DNA of 63,917 nt, the filler included, from Lama guanicoe (lineage: Eukaryota): the NCBI GenBank assembly GCA_013239625.1. It is 188 parts of 188 records of this genome, joined end to end, with 100 filler letters (N's around TTAATTAATTAA, not from the genome) between each part and the next. Parts side by side here need not be neighbours in the genome. Positions count along the whole stretch, not along the records: positions 36,059 to 36,299 come from PNXV01046418.1; positions 36,400 to 36,640 come from PNXV01046419.1; positions 36,741 to 36,980 come from PNXV01046420.1; positions 37,081 to 37,321 come from PNXV01046421.1; positions 37,422 to 37,662 come from PNXV01046422.1; positions 37,763 to 38,002 come from PNXV01046423.1; positions 38,103 to 38,343 come from PNXV01046424.1; positions 38,444 to 38,684 come from PNXV01046425.1; 180 more parts are not named here. One strand, 5' to 3'. Position 1 is the stretch's first letter; each line of letters begins with the position of its first letter. Positions 36,059-48,914 of this stretch are shown piece after piece. Below the pieces are notes generated by a model that worked only from the letters and a program-made list of their open reading frames with translations, did not search any database and was not told where the DNA came from. A program made the translations under genes and the position numbers.

Positions 36059-36282
36059 GAAATTCTTGAACACTGCTGGTGGGAATGTAAATTGGTGCAG
36101 TCACTGCAAAAAACAGTATCCAGCAATTCTACTACCAGGTACATATCTGAAAAAAATTAAAACATTAATTCAAAAAGATTTATGCACCCCAGCGTTCACA
36201 GCAACATTATTTACAGTAGCCAAGATATGGAAGTAATCTAAGTGCTCATCAAACTGATGAATGGATAAAGAAGATATGATGT
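36059..36282 (+). mobile_element. L1 ORF2 C-terminal fragment
   Basis: cactgctggtgggaatgtaaattggtgcag, tatgcaccccagcgttcacagcaacattattta, gatgaatggataaagaagat. Confidence 0.9.
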
Positions 36283-36504
36283 GGGTGTGTGTGTGTGTGN
36301 NNNNNNNNNNNNNNNNNNNNNNNNNNNNNNNNNNNNNNNNNNNTTAATTAATTAANNNNNNNNNNNNNNNNNNNNNNNNNNNNNNNNNNNNNNNNNNNNT
36401 AATATATTTTTGACTCCATAGTTTTCTGTGCAACAAGCTAGGAAAATAATTTCAATTTACCCCTTCATTTCTCACTAATTTGTTTAATATATTCATTAAT
36501 TTTT

Positions 36505-36612
36505 ATTCCTATATTTTAATTTTAATTCCTATATTTTAATTCCTATATTTTAATTCCTATATTTTTATTTTAATTTATTTTAAATAAATTAAATTTTAAT
36601 TCCTATATTTTT
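36505..36612 (+). repeat. AT-rich 14-bp minisatellite (AATTCCTATATTTT)
   Basis: Five copies of attcctatatttt, three of them directly tandem. Confidence 0.85.
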
Positions 36613-37421
36613 CATGTCTAAATTATTTGGTTATTTTAAANNNNNNNNNNNNNNNNNNNNNNNNNNNNNNNNNNNNNNNNNNNNTTAATTAATTAANNNN
36701 NNNNNNNNNNNNNNNNNNNNNNNNNNNNNNNNNNNNNNNNGAGTGTATGTCCTTACACAAGTGGAGGAATTACTGCAGTTTTCCTGGAAGTTTCTCACCA
36801 CTAGTCCATCTGATTTTTCTGTACAAAGGATTCAGTATGGCATGCTAAAAACTCTGGAGTGAGAACTTGAAACCCTGATGAAGAGGATTATTTATTTCAT
36901 TTCTCTACATGATACTCTTTTACTTTTAAATTTCAGAATTTTTGGTTGTTTCAGGAATTTTTGGGGGGGTTGGAGAATCANNNNNNNNNNNNNNNNNNNN
37001 NNNNNNNNNNNNNNNNNNNNNNNNTTAATTAATTAANNNNNNNNNNNNNNNNNNNNNNNNNNNNNNNNNNNNNNNNNNNNATTATTTCTATAGAAGTTAT
37101 ATATACCCCTTCCATACTAACCAACGATTCCTCTCCTGTTTATCCAAAAGAAATGAAAGCATCATTTACGTAAATATTTGTATAAAAAATTCATAGCATC
37201 TGTATTTGCCAAAAACTGGATACAACAAATGTTTGTAAATAGTTGAATTGATAAATAAATTGTGGTATGGCTGTAATTGAAGTACTGCTGGAGAGTAAAA
37301 AAGAAATAAACTATGGATATGNNNNNNNNNNNNNNNNNNNNNNNNNNNNNNNNNNNNNNNNNNNNTTAATTAATTAANNNNNNNNNNNNNNNNNNNNNNN
37401 NNNNNNNNNNNNNNNNNNNNN

Positions 37422-37662
37422 ACAAACCAAACTTGTTCCTGCCTCAGGACCTTCGTGCTTACTGTTCCCCTAGCCTGGAATGCACTTCCCCAGATCTTCA
37501 TACGAATGGTTCCCTCACTACAATCAAGGATCCACCAAATGGCATTCCTTTCAGCTGTTTCCACCGCCCAGTATAACAGAGCACACCCATCCTGAAGCCC
37601 TAGTCCCTCTCCATGAACTACTCCTCGGCCCTCCTTAACACTGTGCATGACACTTACTACTT
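37422..37662 (+). mobile_element. L2 fragment
   Basis: ttcctgcctcaggaccttcgtgcttactgttcccctagcctggaatgcacttccccagatcttc. Confidence 0.8.
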
Positions 37663-39125
37663 NNNNNNNNNNNNNNNNNNNNNNNNNNNNNNNNNNNNNN
37701 NNNNNNTTAATTAATTAANNNNNNNNNNNNNNNNNNNNNNNNNNNNNNNNNNNNNNNNNNNNTATGTTGTCTTATGTTTGAGTCTTTGATCCATTTTGAG
37801 TTTATTTTTGCATATGGTGTAAGGGAGTGTTATAGTTTCATTCGTTAGTTTTTCTTTAAATGTTCGGCAGAATTCTCTGCTGAAATCATCTCAGCAAGGA
37901 GATTACTTTTTATGGATTTTAAAATTATGAATTAAATGTCTTTAGCATTTATAGGGCTATTGTAATGATCTGTCCTGTTGGGTGAGTTGGGATAGTTTGT
38001 GTNNNNNNNNNNNNNNNNNNNNNNNNNNNNNNNNNNNNNNNNNNNNTTAATTAATTAANNNNNNNNNNNNNNNNNNNNNNNNNNNNNNNNNNNNNNNNNN
38101 NNTTGTGACTTAACATGTTAACATAATTAAGTCAAAGACAATGAGGAAAACGTAAATAAAGTAAGATCAGAGGCCTGGTGAGTGAAGTGTGATGAGAAAA
38201 GTGCTGAAACTGCTCTCACTTCTGACACCTAATCTCATTCGTTTTGGTTTAATTTCCTTCCAAGTCCTTCCTCAGTTGATTAGCTCCGAAGTCGTTTATG
38301 TAGTTGTCCCACAGCAAAGATAACCTTATTTTAAGATATGAAANNNNNNNNNNNNNNNNNNNNNNNNNNNNNNNNNNNNNNNNNNNNTTAATTAATTAAN
38401 NNNNNNNNNNNNNNNNNNNNNNNNNNNNNNNNNNNNNNNNNNNCTTTGCCTTTCCTGGGATTCCCTGATCCCAGACCTGTGGATCTACAAGTATACTACT
38501 GTTGCTGCTTCTAGGTCAAGTGAAGTATTATTTACTAAAACGCTTGTCTATATTCTGAATGTTGGAAATCATGTTCCTAATCTTTTCCCATTTTCCATGA
38601 GCAACCAGGAACCTCAGAGTCAAATCAGTGGTCTACATCTCTGATGCGTACGTCACCTTCCCTAATCCAAACTACAAAGTCACANNNNNNNNNNNNNNNN
38701 NNNNNNNNNNNNNNNNNNNNNNNNNNNNTTAATTAATTAANNNNNNNNNNNNNNNNNNNNNNNNNNNNNNNNNNNNNNNNNNNNTTTCCAAAGTGATCAT
38801 AAATAAAGAGCCTCAGAATAGATAAATGGCAAGCAATTAGAGGGAAAATAATAAATAGTAATATAAAAATAACTTGATTAATACAAAGGAAAGGACATAA
38901 ATGGGAAAAATAATTAAATATAGAGTGGATAAACAGTAAACAAATAATACTCTCATAGCCATAAACCTGAAGATATCAGGCATCACGCTAATTGTGAATG
39001 GTGGAGATGCTCTAATTAGAAGACANNNNNNNNNNNNNNNNNNNNNNNNNNNNNNNNNNNNNNNNNNNNTTAATTAATTAANNNNNNNNNNNNNNNNNNN
39101 NNNNNNNNNNNNNNNNNNNNNNNNN

Positions 39126-39366
39126 AGGAACTCGGCGTGGGGCGGCCTCTGGTGTGGGGACGGCCGGTTCCGCCCTGCTAAGGCTCAGCCCGGAACGAGG
39201 GGCCCGGCCGGCGGGCGTCGTAGGCCCCGGCGGACCCCGCGTCCCGCTCGCCGGAGCCCCCAGGCCTGGCGGCCCGGCCCGGCCCCCGCAGCCCCTCCCC
39301 AGGGCCTGAGGCGCCGTGTGCTGGGCCCGGGCCGCCCCGGCCCCGAGTCCGCGCGTCCGTGCGCCC
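39126..39366. promoter_or_regulatory. CpG-island fragment, gene not identified
   Basis: Extremely GC- and CpG-rich, GC box gtggggcggc, no recognisable peptide. Confidence 0.7.
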
Positions 39367-41512
39367 NNNNNNNNNNNNNNNNNNNNNNNNNNNNNNNNNN
39401 NNNNNNNNNNTTAATTAATTAANNNNNNNNNNNNNNNNNNNNNNNNNNNNNNNNNNNNNNNNNNNNTTTTGTCTTCCCTATCAGTCAGGCGTGGGCAGTG
39501 GTTTGGGCTAGTTTTCGGGGAGAGCAGAACCTCCCAGACACCACCAGGAGAGAAAGGTCCCATTGGCCATAGAGAGTTCTCGGGGATCCCTGAGCTGTGA
39601 GCTTTTAGCATCCGACCCCCACAGCGGGTTCAGAGTCAGGGTAGGGGTTTAATGGTCTTGTTTATCTAGAAGTAGAAGATAATTGAGTGCACACGAGCAG
39701 GACGGCTNNNNNNNNNNNNNNNNNNNNNNNNNNNNNNNNNNNNNNNNNNNNTTAATTAATTAANNNNNNNNNNNNNNNNNNNNNNNNNNNNNNNNNNNNN
39801 NNNNNNNCCAGTCCTATTCATTAAGAAATTTGTGGCTAAAAAACCAACTCCTTCCTGGTTCTGTCCATATTTTGCACCATTGCCATGGTTCCAAAGAAAT
39901 CTCCCACGTCTTGCACTGTTCTAGTTTCAAACTTAAATGACAGAGCCAGTCTCTTTCTTCAGGACTTCCATACTGAGACTTCTCAGTCTATCTGCAGTTG
40001 CATAAAGTTCTTTCTCAAAGCACAAAGATTTTCTTTTTCCATTGAGGTNNNNNNNNNNNNNNNNNNNNNNNNNNNNNNNNNNNNNNNNNNNNTTAATTAA
40101 TTAANNNNNNNNNNNNNNNNNNNNNNNNNNNNNNNNNNNNNNNNNNNNTGCATCTGCTAATATTGACAACACTTAAGAATATAGACCAGTCTTAGTATTT
40201 TTCAAAGCCAACCTGTAAGACAGCAACATGTTAAGTAAGCTTACGGTTTTCTGGCACCCAGAAATTTGATCTGCGTGGACACATTGTTTTCATGAACGAC
40301 TAGGTCTAGAAATGGACTGCAATGAACCCAAGTGTGTTGAAATCCCTTTAGAAATACTACCAATGGCTCCAATTCAGCATGAAAAAAAANNNNNNNNNNN
40401 NNNNNNNNNNNNNNNNNNNNNNNNNNNNNNNNNTTAATTAATTAANNNNNNNNNNNNNNNNNNNNNNNNNNNNNNNNNNNNNNNNNNNNGATAAATTATT
40501 TATACAATATATTAAATGAAATAAAATGATCTATTTTAGTCTGTATTTAATAAGTAGATCTTTTGTGATTTAAAGCAATTTCTTTACATAATCTTTTTTT
40601 TTTGTCTTTGAATAAAAAGTCATTATTCATAGCCATCAACTAAGTAGTACATTTGAATGTGTGACGTTTTCATTATTGGATTATTTAAATTATATGGGTT
40701 TATGGAATAGGACCCTTTTAAAATTTTCTTNNNNNNNNNNNNNNNNNNNNNNNNNNNNNNNNNNNNNNNNNNNNTTAATTAATTAANNNNNNNNNNNNNN
40801 NNNNNNNNNNNNNNNNNNNNNNNNNNNNNNCCTGGCTAACAGGACAGACGCAGGTGACAAGGGCATTCAGTCCAGGTGAATGTCACAGTGTCACCTGCAC
40901 CCCTGTCCAGGTCGTTACCACCTGAATCCCTGGTCCCCCGACTCCTGCAGGTGGAACACGTCCTGCAGGTACTGCTACACCGTGGCACTACCCACACCCC
41001 CGCCCCCAAATTGCCCCTGGGTTCCCGTTTTCAAGAGCAGAAGGGGCAAGAAAGGGCTCAGCTTCAGTGCANNNNNNNNNNNNNNNNNNNNNNNNNNNNN
41101 NNNNNNNNNNNNNNNTTAATTAATTAANNNNNNNNNNNNNNNNNNNNNNNNNNNNNNNNNNNNNNNNNNNNGATAAGGCAATTTTGGGAAAGCAGGACAG
41201 AAAACTGCATATACTTCATATATACGACAATGTGAAATTACCCTATTCGTTGTGGGGGAAGACCTAAAAGCGTACATACATCAAACCATTAAAAATGCTG
41301 GTTTTTGAAGAAAGGGACTATATATGGTCTTTATTTGTTTTCTTTATACTGTTTCCTCCCAGATTTTGTTATATGAATTTTCTCCTATTTCTGTTATATG
41401 AATATTTTTTTTNNNNNNNNNNNNNNNNNNNNNNNNNNNNNNNNNNNNNNNNNNNNTTAATTAATTAANNNNNNNNNNNNNNNNNNNNNNNNNNNNNNNN
41501 NNNNNNNNNNNN

Positions 41513-41753
41513 CCGAAAACAGGTTCACCAGGCTCCAGTCAAAATGTCTGCAGGACTGGTTCTTCTAGAGGCTCCAGGGAGGTGCAGGTACCTTGCCCGT
41601 TGCAGCTTCTGAGGCCTCCGACTTCCTGCACTCCTAGCGCCTCCCTCCGACTTCACAGCCAAGGGAAGCACTACCCACCTCTCCACCTCCTCCTTACTTC
41701 CGGCTTCACAGCACTTCCGGCCTCCCTCTTATAAGGGACCCACATTGGACCCA
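41513..41753 (-). mobile_element. MaLR LTR (MLT1-type) fragment
   Basis: gcaggactggttcttctagaggctccaggga, cagcttctgagg, cctccctcttataagggacc. Confidence 0.75.
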
Positions 41754-42299
41754 NNNNNNNNNNNNNNNNNNNNNNNNNNNNNNNNNNNNNNNNNNNNTTA
41801 ATTAATTAANNNNNNNNNNNNNNNNNNNNNNNNNNNNNNNNNNNNNNNNNNNNGCTGAGGCTCCAATCAGACCTGGGCTTTCTGATGCTGAGCCCCGCGT
41901 GCGTACCTGGGCCCATGGTCTGGAGGAGGGAGGACCCCACGCACTGATTTACTCACAGGACCAGGGTGGAGGCAGCCGGCTGGGCCAGGCAGGCCTCCTT
42001 CAGTCCTGTTTCAGCAGTCCTGACTCCTTGGGCCTGGGCGGGCTTTGAGGCTTAGAGGAAAGGTGTCTGGAATAAACAGGCTCTCGAGCTTCTGNNNNNN
42101 NNNNNNNNNNNNNNNNNNNNNNNNNNNNNNNNNNNNNNTTAATTAATTAANNNNNNNNNNNNNNNNNNNNNNNNNNNNNNNNNNNNNNNNNNNNGGGGCA
42201 CAGCGCATCCTCTCGCCAGTCATAAAAGAGCCCAACTCGGGCAGGCAGCGGAATCTGCCGGGAGGTTTTACAGAAAGGTAACATCATCCGGTTAACACA

Positions 42300-42435
42300 C
42301 TTTCCTGAGCTGCTACTATGTGCCAGGCATGATGCCGGGACCTAAAACTCCTGTTGTCCACTGGGCCTTCACAGCAGCCCTGTGTGGAGAGATGGGTGTG
42401 ACCCCACTGTACAGCTGGGAAAACTGAGGCTCAGA
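42300..42435 (-). mobile_element. MIR SINE fragment
   Basis: ctactatgtgccaggca, cttcacagcagccctgt, ccccactgtacagctgggaaaactgaggctcaga. Confidence 0.8.
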
Positions 42436-42876
42436 NNNNNNNNNNNNNNNNNNNNNNNNNNNNNNNNNNNNNNNNNNNNTTAATTAATTAANNNNNNNNN
42501 NNNNNNNNNNNNNNNNNNNNNNNNNNNNNNNNNNNTTTTTTTTCATTTACACTTCACGTCTCACACCAGATACCAAGAAAAGCTCAGGATGGATTAATCA
42601 CAATGTGCAAACTATACATATCATTGCAATGAACAGATCTTACTTAGGTGCTTGAACAAAACTGAATATCTGAACAAACAAAATGCCAAAAACAAACAGA
42701 TAAACACACTTATTGAACATCTGGAGAAATTTGAACACTGAATATTTGATATCAAGAAATGAATTAACACTTTAGGNNNNNNNNNNNNNNNNNNNNNNNN
42801 NNNNNNNNNNNNNNNNNNNNTTAATTAATTAANNNNNNNNNNNNNNNNNNNNNNNNNNNNNNNNNNNNNNNNNNNN

Positions 42877-43117
42877 GTGCATGCCCCAGTGGAATATACC
42901 AGTGTGTTCTCAGCTGTGCTATATACCTTAGTGGAGTAAACCATTGGCGAATACGCCGCGCTGCATGCCCCAGTGGAATAAACCAGTAGGAAGGACACCA
43001 CGGTGCATGGCCCAGTGGAAAAAACAATTGGTGTCTATGCTACCGTACAGGCACAAGTGGAATAAACCACAGAGGAATACACCGCAGTGCATGTACCACT
43101 GGAATAAACCAGTGGGG
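42877..43117 (+). repeat. 42-bp satellite
   Basis: Repeated gtgcatgccccagtggaataaaccagt units at 42-bp spacing. Confidence 0.95.
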
Positions 43118-46100
43118 NNNNNNNNNNNNNNNNNNNNNNNNNNNNNNNNNNNNNNNNNNNNTTAATTAATTAANNNNNNNNNNNNNNNNNNNNNNNNNNN
43201 NNNNNNNNNNNNNNNNNTAGAGCAGGGAGCACGGAAAGACCCAAAGCATCACTTCCTAGGGAGCAGGTGAGGGCCTAATTCCAGAGGCAAAATATGAGGT
43301 TGACGGCAGAGAATGGACAGGACTGAGTGAGCCAGGTGTGCCCAAAACCATGGCCAGAGGAGACATGGTACACAGGGATGGGCATCCATAGCTGGTCCTC
43401 ATAGCCCTTGGATGAGGCCCCCAGTGCGGGCGGGCATCTGTGAGAGATGCCACCTGCTNNNNNNNNNNNNNNNNNNNNNNNNNNNNNNNNNNNNNNNNNN
43501 NNTTAATTAATTAANNNNNNNNNNNNNNNNNNNNNNNNNNNNNNNNNNNNNNNNNNNNGAAAAATGGTCAATCAATAGATAATTTAAATCATCAACAAAA
43601 GCAATATGTAAACATGAATAAAATTTATTAAATTTTTTTTTAAATTGAGAAAGATTTTTTAAATTGTAGGGCTAACAAGGATGTAATTAGACAAACTAGC
43701 ATACTCTTGATGGAAATAAAAACTGGTGAAAAATGTTTGGAGAGCAATTTGGAAATATTAATGAAGACTCATAATATCATAATTTCAAGGATACATACAN
43801 NNNNNNNNNNNNNNNNNNNNNNNNNNNNNNNNNNNNNNNNNNNTTAATTAATTAANNNNNNNNNNNNNNNNNNNNNNNNNNNNNNNNNNNNNNNNNNNNA
43901 CTGGGGCGACTATTACATCTGCTTGGGTAACGGCTGCTCTTCATCTGCTGCCAGTAAATTAAATGCAGGTGCAAATACTCAACAGACGCCACAGTAGTTT
44001 CCATCCTCCGACCTTCGAAAACGTGGCCAAGCTTTCGTGAGGGCTGGCTCTTCGGAAAAAGGGGCAACAGCCAGGTAATGGTGACCCCCTCCGCGCCCCA
44101 GAGAGACAGTGACCAGAGGGCGGTGACGTGAACCAAGCTGNNNNNNNNNNNNNNNNNNNNNNNNNNNNNNNNNNNNNNNNNNNNTTAATTAATTAANNNN
44201 NNNNNNNNNNNNNNNNNNNNNNNNNNNNNNNNNNNNNNNNGTTTCTCAAATAATTTACAGTTAGTTGAATCAAATTAAATTGTAAAAATATGGAACACGT
44301 GTAAATCCACCAGACTTGAGTAATGGGTGGTCCAACGTAGACAAAACAAAACTCACGTTCTTCCCCAAATTTTCTGCCTCTCACTATCTCCCACAGGTTC
44401 AAGTCCAAAATGAAATGATCTTTGATCCCTCCGTTTCCCTCTGCACCCACATCTAACCTATCATTGAGTCTGTCTGTAACTNNNNNNNNNNNNNNNNNNN
44501 NNNNNNNNNNNNNNNNNNNNNNNNNTTAATTAATTAANNNNNNNNNNNNNNNNNNNNNNNNNNNNNNNNNNNNNNNNNNNNTGAGAATTTTGTTACCAAT
44601 TCTCATTTCACATGTGTCCCTGCAGCCAGGTTAACTAGCTGCATTCCTATTTCTTCTTGGACAACTACCTCCGTCATAGTCATGTATTTTTTCAACGTAT
44701 AATATGGTATGTGTGCTTATATTAAAATTACAATACTTATCTCATTTTCCAATTATTTCAAGCTAAACTTCACATCTAAATCACAGTGAGGTATCCTTTT
44801 CCTGGAATATTTCTCTTTGTCCNNNNNNNNNNNNNNNNNNNNNNNNNNNNNNNNNNNNNNNNNNNNTTAATTAATTAANNNNNNNNNNNNNNNNNNNNNN
44901 NNNNNNNNNNNNNNNNNNNNNNGCCTCAGCACTGAGAGGAGTGTACCCAAGGGCTGTACTCCAGAAACCACACCCAGGAACCTCAGCCCCACCTGGACCT
45001 GGTGAAGATGGTAAAGTAAGACCTTGGGCTGGAGCCTGAGCCTAACACCACAGCGACCGAGACCTGCTCATGACTGAGTAGGGATAAGTGGACTTCTCGT
45101 ATGAAAGCAGTGACAAAACATTGTGGCTAGTGAGAAGATTATGCTGGTTTTTGAATGTCTCCANNNNNNNNNNNNNNNNNNNNNNNNNNNNNNNNNNNNN
45201 NNNNNNNTTAATTAATTAANNNNNNNNNNNNNNNNNNNNNNNNNNNNNNNNNNNNNNNNNNNNACTTCTCTAAGAAAGCAGCACAATGCACTCGACGAGG
45301 TGGTCTCTCCGGCCCTGTCTACCTGCCATGTGTACGACTGTGGATCTCCATTAAGTTGTTATTCACGCCCCCGGCTCAGACCCCTGAGGAGAGAGCAGGC
45401 CCACGGCCCGCACGCTGCACCGGGTCAGCTCCATGCGTCCGCCACTCGGAGACCCTGGGACGCGGGCACAACAGTTGTTCGGTTGCTAGAGCGACAGGTG
45501 AAGTNNNNNNNNNNNNNNNNNNNNNNNNNNNNNNNNNNNNNNNNNNNNTTAATTAATTAANNNNNNNNNNNNNNNNNNNNNNNNNNNNNNNNNNNNNNNN
45601 NNNNTAGAGACAGTTCTGCCTGGACTGGCTAGGGCAGGCGTCCGTGCTGGGGCGTCAGGGCTCCCCGGGTGCATCCCCATCCACTGGCTAAAGCGAGCTG
45701 ATGGATGAGCACCCCAGCTTTCTCTCCCTTGAGGTCCCTCAGGCCGCATTATTCTGAAGCTCTTGCTCTGCATGTTTTCCCAGACACCCCTAATCGATTT
45801 AGCTTTGGTTTCCTGAAGTGGCAAAACACTTGTTGGAAAGTGTCTNNNNNNNNNNNNNNNNNNNNNNNNNNNNNNNNNNNNNNNNNNNNTTAATTAATTA
45901 ANNNNNNNNNNNNNNNNNNNNNNNNNNNNNNNNNNNNNNNNNNNNACATGGTCTATAAAGTAATATTTTCTGCCACGAAATGAATTTTTTGACAAAAATA
46001 AAGGACACTCTGAAGAGCTATTATGTTAAATCTTGGAATTCCTGCATGTCATACAACTATGCTTGCTGTTTATAGTTTCTTTAGTTGCTTTACACCCACA

Positions 46101-46627
46101 TTACAGTTAATGTATTTTCCCAACCCATTTCTTCCACTTCCGTGCCTAAGTTTCTCCAGTGCATTGTTCATTGACATTTAAAAATANNNNNNNNNNNNNN
46201 NNNNNNNNNNNNNNNNNNNNNNNNNNNNNNTTAATTAATTAANNNNNNNNNNNNNNNNNNNNNNNNNNNNNNNNNNNNNNNNNNNNGAAACATCTGTCTC
46301 CCTGACTCTTCACTCCTAGGAAACAGCCTTAAGACTCCTGGGGGCCGGTGTAGCATGACACATCCTTTTACCCCGAAGGCCGTTGGAGAAGGGATAGATG
46401 CAAAACTCATGTGCTTCTGGGGACGGACAGAAAACACTCCATGTTATACCTGCTATATTAGAGCGTTCCAAATATAGTTGATATAAGAGATACAGAGAGG
46501 TATTGGACTCATGCCTGCAGAATTGACNNNNNNNNNNNNNNNNNNNNNNNNNNNNNNNNNNNNNNNNNNNNTTAATTAATTAANNNNNNNNNNNNNNNNN
46601 NNNNNNNNNNNNNNNNNNNNNNNNNNN

Positions 46628-46790
46628 TATATTGTACAACACAGGGAATATAGCCAATATTTTATAACAACTATAAATGGAATATAAACTTTAGAAATTG
46701 TGTATCACTGTGCTGTACACTGACATTTTTATAATTTTATAAATCAATTTTATCTCAATAAAAATTCTTTAAAAAATTTGAAAAAAAATT
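46628..46790 (+). mobile_element. L1 3' end with polyadenylation signal and A-rich tail
   Basis: acaacacagggaatatagccaatattttataacaactataaatggaatataa...tctcAATAAAa. Confidence 0.88.
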
Positions 46791-46994
46791 CCTATTGTAT
46801 AGCAGGATCACAGATTCTCTCATATTGTCATAAATGTATTTTTATCTACATTATCATACTTTTTTTTTNNNNNNNNNNNNNNNNNNNNNNNNNNNNNNNN
46901 NNNNNNNNNNNNTTAATTAATTAANNNNNNNNNNNNNNNNNNNNNNNNNNNNNNNNNNNNNNNNNNNNAATAATGATAATAATAATAATAATTG

Positions 46995-47125
46995 TTTATA
47001 TTGACTTCATGTTACAATGATAACACTTGGGGTTGATTGGTTTAAATAAACTATATTATTAAAATTAATCACACTTTTCACTTTTTAAAATGTGAGCATC
47101 AGAAAATTTGAAATTACAGGGGTGG
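46995..47125 (+). mobile_element. MER3/MER33-like hAT MITE remnant
   Basis: tatattgacttcatgtt, ggtttaaataaactatattattaaaattaat, ctttttaaaatgtg, agaaaatttgaaattaca. Confidence 0.7.
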
Positions 47126-48673
47126 CCCTCCTTACACGGCACACCTTGCCATAGCTGCCAGGGGCGCTAAGAGCTGGCCCAGGTTCTGGGGCGTGGCCTC
47201 CCTTGGGTGNNNNNNNNNNNNNNNNNNNNNNNNNNNNNNNNNNNNNNNNNNNNTTAATTAATTAANNNNNNNNNNNNNNNNNNNNNNNNNNNNNNNNNNN
47301 NNNNNNNNNTCTAGTGGGAAGGTGAAGAACACACATGAACATATGAGAAATGAAATGGCAACTACTTTTAGAGTTAAACGAAAATCCTATAAAAGAAAAG
47401 TACAGTATCAGTGGTTAAGAATTATTTTAATGGAATGAACTAAAACAGATGTGGGCAAATTGGTGGAAAAAATCAGAGAATCTGAGATAGAGCAATACCA
47501 GTTAACCACATGGAAATCAAAGACAAACAGAAAAAAATGACAACTGAGCANNNNNNNNNNNNNNNNNNNNNNNNNNNNNNNNNNNNNNNNNNNNTTAATT
47601 AATTAANNNNNNNNNNNNNNNNNNNNNNNNNNNNNNNNNNNNNNNNNNNNGCCCTGGGTGGGAAGGGACCCATCATTCAAATGGCTTCAGGGAAAAAACC
47701 CCACAGAGATGCAAACCATGTGTCAGATGGATGAGGGCTGCCTGTAGGCTAGGAGCACCTATTTGGTGGGTGTCCCCTTGCTGGGCTCCTATGAGCCGCT
47801 TGCTGGTTGTGTTTCTGGAATGTTCTAAGAGCTAACCCAACTTGCACCCTCTCCCCATCCCGTACCTCCCATCTTGGGCTTTTACAGACACNNNNNNNNN
47901 NNNNNNNNNNNNNNNNNNNNNNNNNNNNNNNNNNNTTAATTAATTAANNNNNNNNNNNNNNNNNNNNNNNNNNNNNNNNNNNNNNNNNNNNTAAATACCC
48001 TGCTTTTGTACTTTCCTCCCCTCATGGTGACTGATTTTGATATCATATTTTACACATAATTGTATCCTTAAATGCTTATTATGGATGCAGATGATTTTGT
48101 TAATTTTGTCTTGTAACCTCCCTACTAAATTTGTGTATGGATGATTTCCTACCTTTCCCATATGTTCTTTTTTGGTGGTGAGCTTTTTCATCTTGGTAAT
48201 TTTCTTGTTTCTCATTGTGTGTGTGTGTGTGTNNNNNNNNNNNNNNNNNNNNNNNNNNNNNNNNNNNNNNNNNNNNTTAATTAATTAANNNNNNNNNNNN
48301 NNNNNNNNNNNNNNNNNNNNNNNNNNNNNNNNCCTGCCTATGTGGGACACGAAGACCGTTGAGCGGAGCAGTAAACAGAAACATTGAAAAGACTAGATCC
48401 TAGTCCCAGTTCTGGTATTTAAATGCCCGCTACATTTTGGAAAAGTCACTTAACCTCAGCGGGCAATTTCCTTCAAGCAGCGAGCCAGCCAACCCCTACT
48501 CAACAAAAATACAGTGCGTTCTTGCTGGGTGGCGGCCGGCGCTCAGAACTGGACCATCGTTGGTTTCGGCCGGNNNNNNNNNNNNNNNNNNNNNNNNNNN
48601 NNNNNNNNNNNNNNNNNTTAATTAATTAANNNNNNNNNNNNNNNNNNNNNNNNNNNNNNNNNNNNNNNNNNNN

Positions 48674-48914
48674 CACAAGGAACATTTCCTATGAAAGATT
48701 ATGTACTCAGGCACTTAAGAAGTCTCAACAAATTAAAGAAGATAAAAATTATTTCAAGCTTCTTTTCAGAATATAATACCATGAAATTAAAATTCAATCA
48801 CAGAAAAACAGGGAGAAAACATGACAGCATCCAGATTAAAAAACATGACACAAAAACAAGGGGGAGAGGTGATGAAATAAAAGTAGAAATTAAAAAATAT
48901 CTTCGGAAATATGA
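48674..48914 (+). mobile_element. L1 ORF2 endonuclease-end fragment
   Basis: DYVLRHLRSLNKLKKIKIISSFFSEYNTMKLKFN resembles L1 DHMLGHKTSLNKFKKIEIISSIFSDHNGMKLEIN. Confidence 0.9.
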
